This document shows, one piece after another, positions 21,194 to 21,922 of a DNA stretch of 21,922 bases; the stretch's first letter is position 1; every line of letters begins with the position of its first letter. Both the position numbers and the translations under genes were made by a program. The stretch spans positions 30,914,817-30,936,738 of the forward strand of contig JANKJI020000004.1 in NCBI GenBank assembly GCA_024626585.2. The letters run 5' to 3'. The DNA comes from Ginkgo biloba. Taxonomy: Eukaryota > Plantae > Ginkgophyta. Below the pieces are notes generated by a model. The model saw only the letters and a program-made list of their open reading frames with translations, was not told where the DNA came from and ran no database searches.

Positions 21194-21922
21194 TGTAATG
21201 TGTCACCCTTGGAGTACCAATGAAGTGTGATACAAATTTAAAATTACAAAAACCCCTTGTATATAGTGCTACTTGTCATAGCCAGACCTAGGCTAACAGG
21301 GACACTAATCAGTTGCAAAAAACCCAAATTACNNNNNNNNNNNNNNNNNNNNNNCCCTCCTTATAAATAGAGAGAATATGGACACCACCACTACATCGTA
21401 TACCAAATACTAGATAGAGGTAAAGATCAAACCATTGGGGGCTAAACATAAAATAGAATGGGACCTTCTAAGCTTGTCTCCTGTAACTTGAATTTTGGAA
21501 TCCTAAGCCACACCCTAAAACCCTAGGTCTGCATCCCCACTTTTCATCATTGACTAAATTATTTTGGAAGGTTTCAAATCACTTAAGTNNNNNNNNNNNN
21601 NNNNNNNNNNNNNNNNNNNNNNNNNNNNNNNNNNNNNNNNNNNNNNNNNNNNNNNNNNNNTCCAGTGGTAACAATTTGGAGCATCTTAGAGAAACAGACA
21701 TGCTCCTCCTTTATAGGGTTGATTATAGCCTCCATACTTTCTAATCACAAGTTTATGTTGTCAGTTATTTCTTAAGCCAACCTGTGGGCATTCCATTTCC
21801 CTTCATAAAATGAGGGTCCCAAAACATCCACTTGAGTATTCTTGCTCCTGTTGGAAGAACTTCCTCTTTGCCCCTTGCTCGACATCCATACTTAAGAAGA
21901 CAAGCAATTCCAACCACCCACA
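21194..21922 (+). mobile_element. LTR-like fragment
   Basis: Begins TGTAATGTGTCACCC, with TATAAATAG at 21362 and AAACCCTAG at about 21518. Non-coding. Confidence 0.3.

Overview
This is not a prokaryotic window. It is AT-rich, gene-free repeat DNA from a large land-plant genome (gymnosperm- or fern-like; this is inferred from the retroelement motifs), built almost entirely of old, decayed Ty3/gypsy LTR-retrotransposon fragments. I found no intact protein-coding gene, RNA gene or CRISPR array, and most ORF-track entries are N-gap or antisense artefacts. Hand translation recovers four things: (i) a minus-strand RT-RNase H pseudogene (YLDD motif) at 1-1101, with its likely gag at about 2.5-3.2 kb; (ii) a plus-strand integrase pseudogene at about 3.8-4.3 kb; (iii) a 5.7-kb scaffold (11662-17384) reading chromodomain/PPT remnant, LTR, three tandem tRNA-iMet PBS-like motifs, CRM-like gag with a CCHC knuckle, an acidic region with no RT/integrase, and a second LTR; (iv) decayed charged, coiled-coil accessory ORFs. 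Several micro-repeats are also present: a 44-bp tandem array, a 21-bp heptad array and a fold-back insertion. Eight gaps of exactly 100 N and one of 200 N probably mark joins of unknown size, so contiguity across them is not assured. The most unusual items are the tandem LTR-end/PBS array and the LTR flanked by both a PPT and a PBS in a non-autonomous gag-only element.
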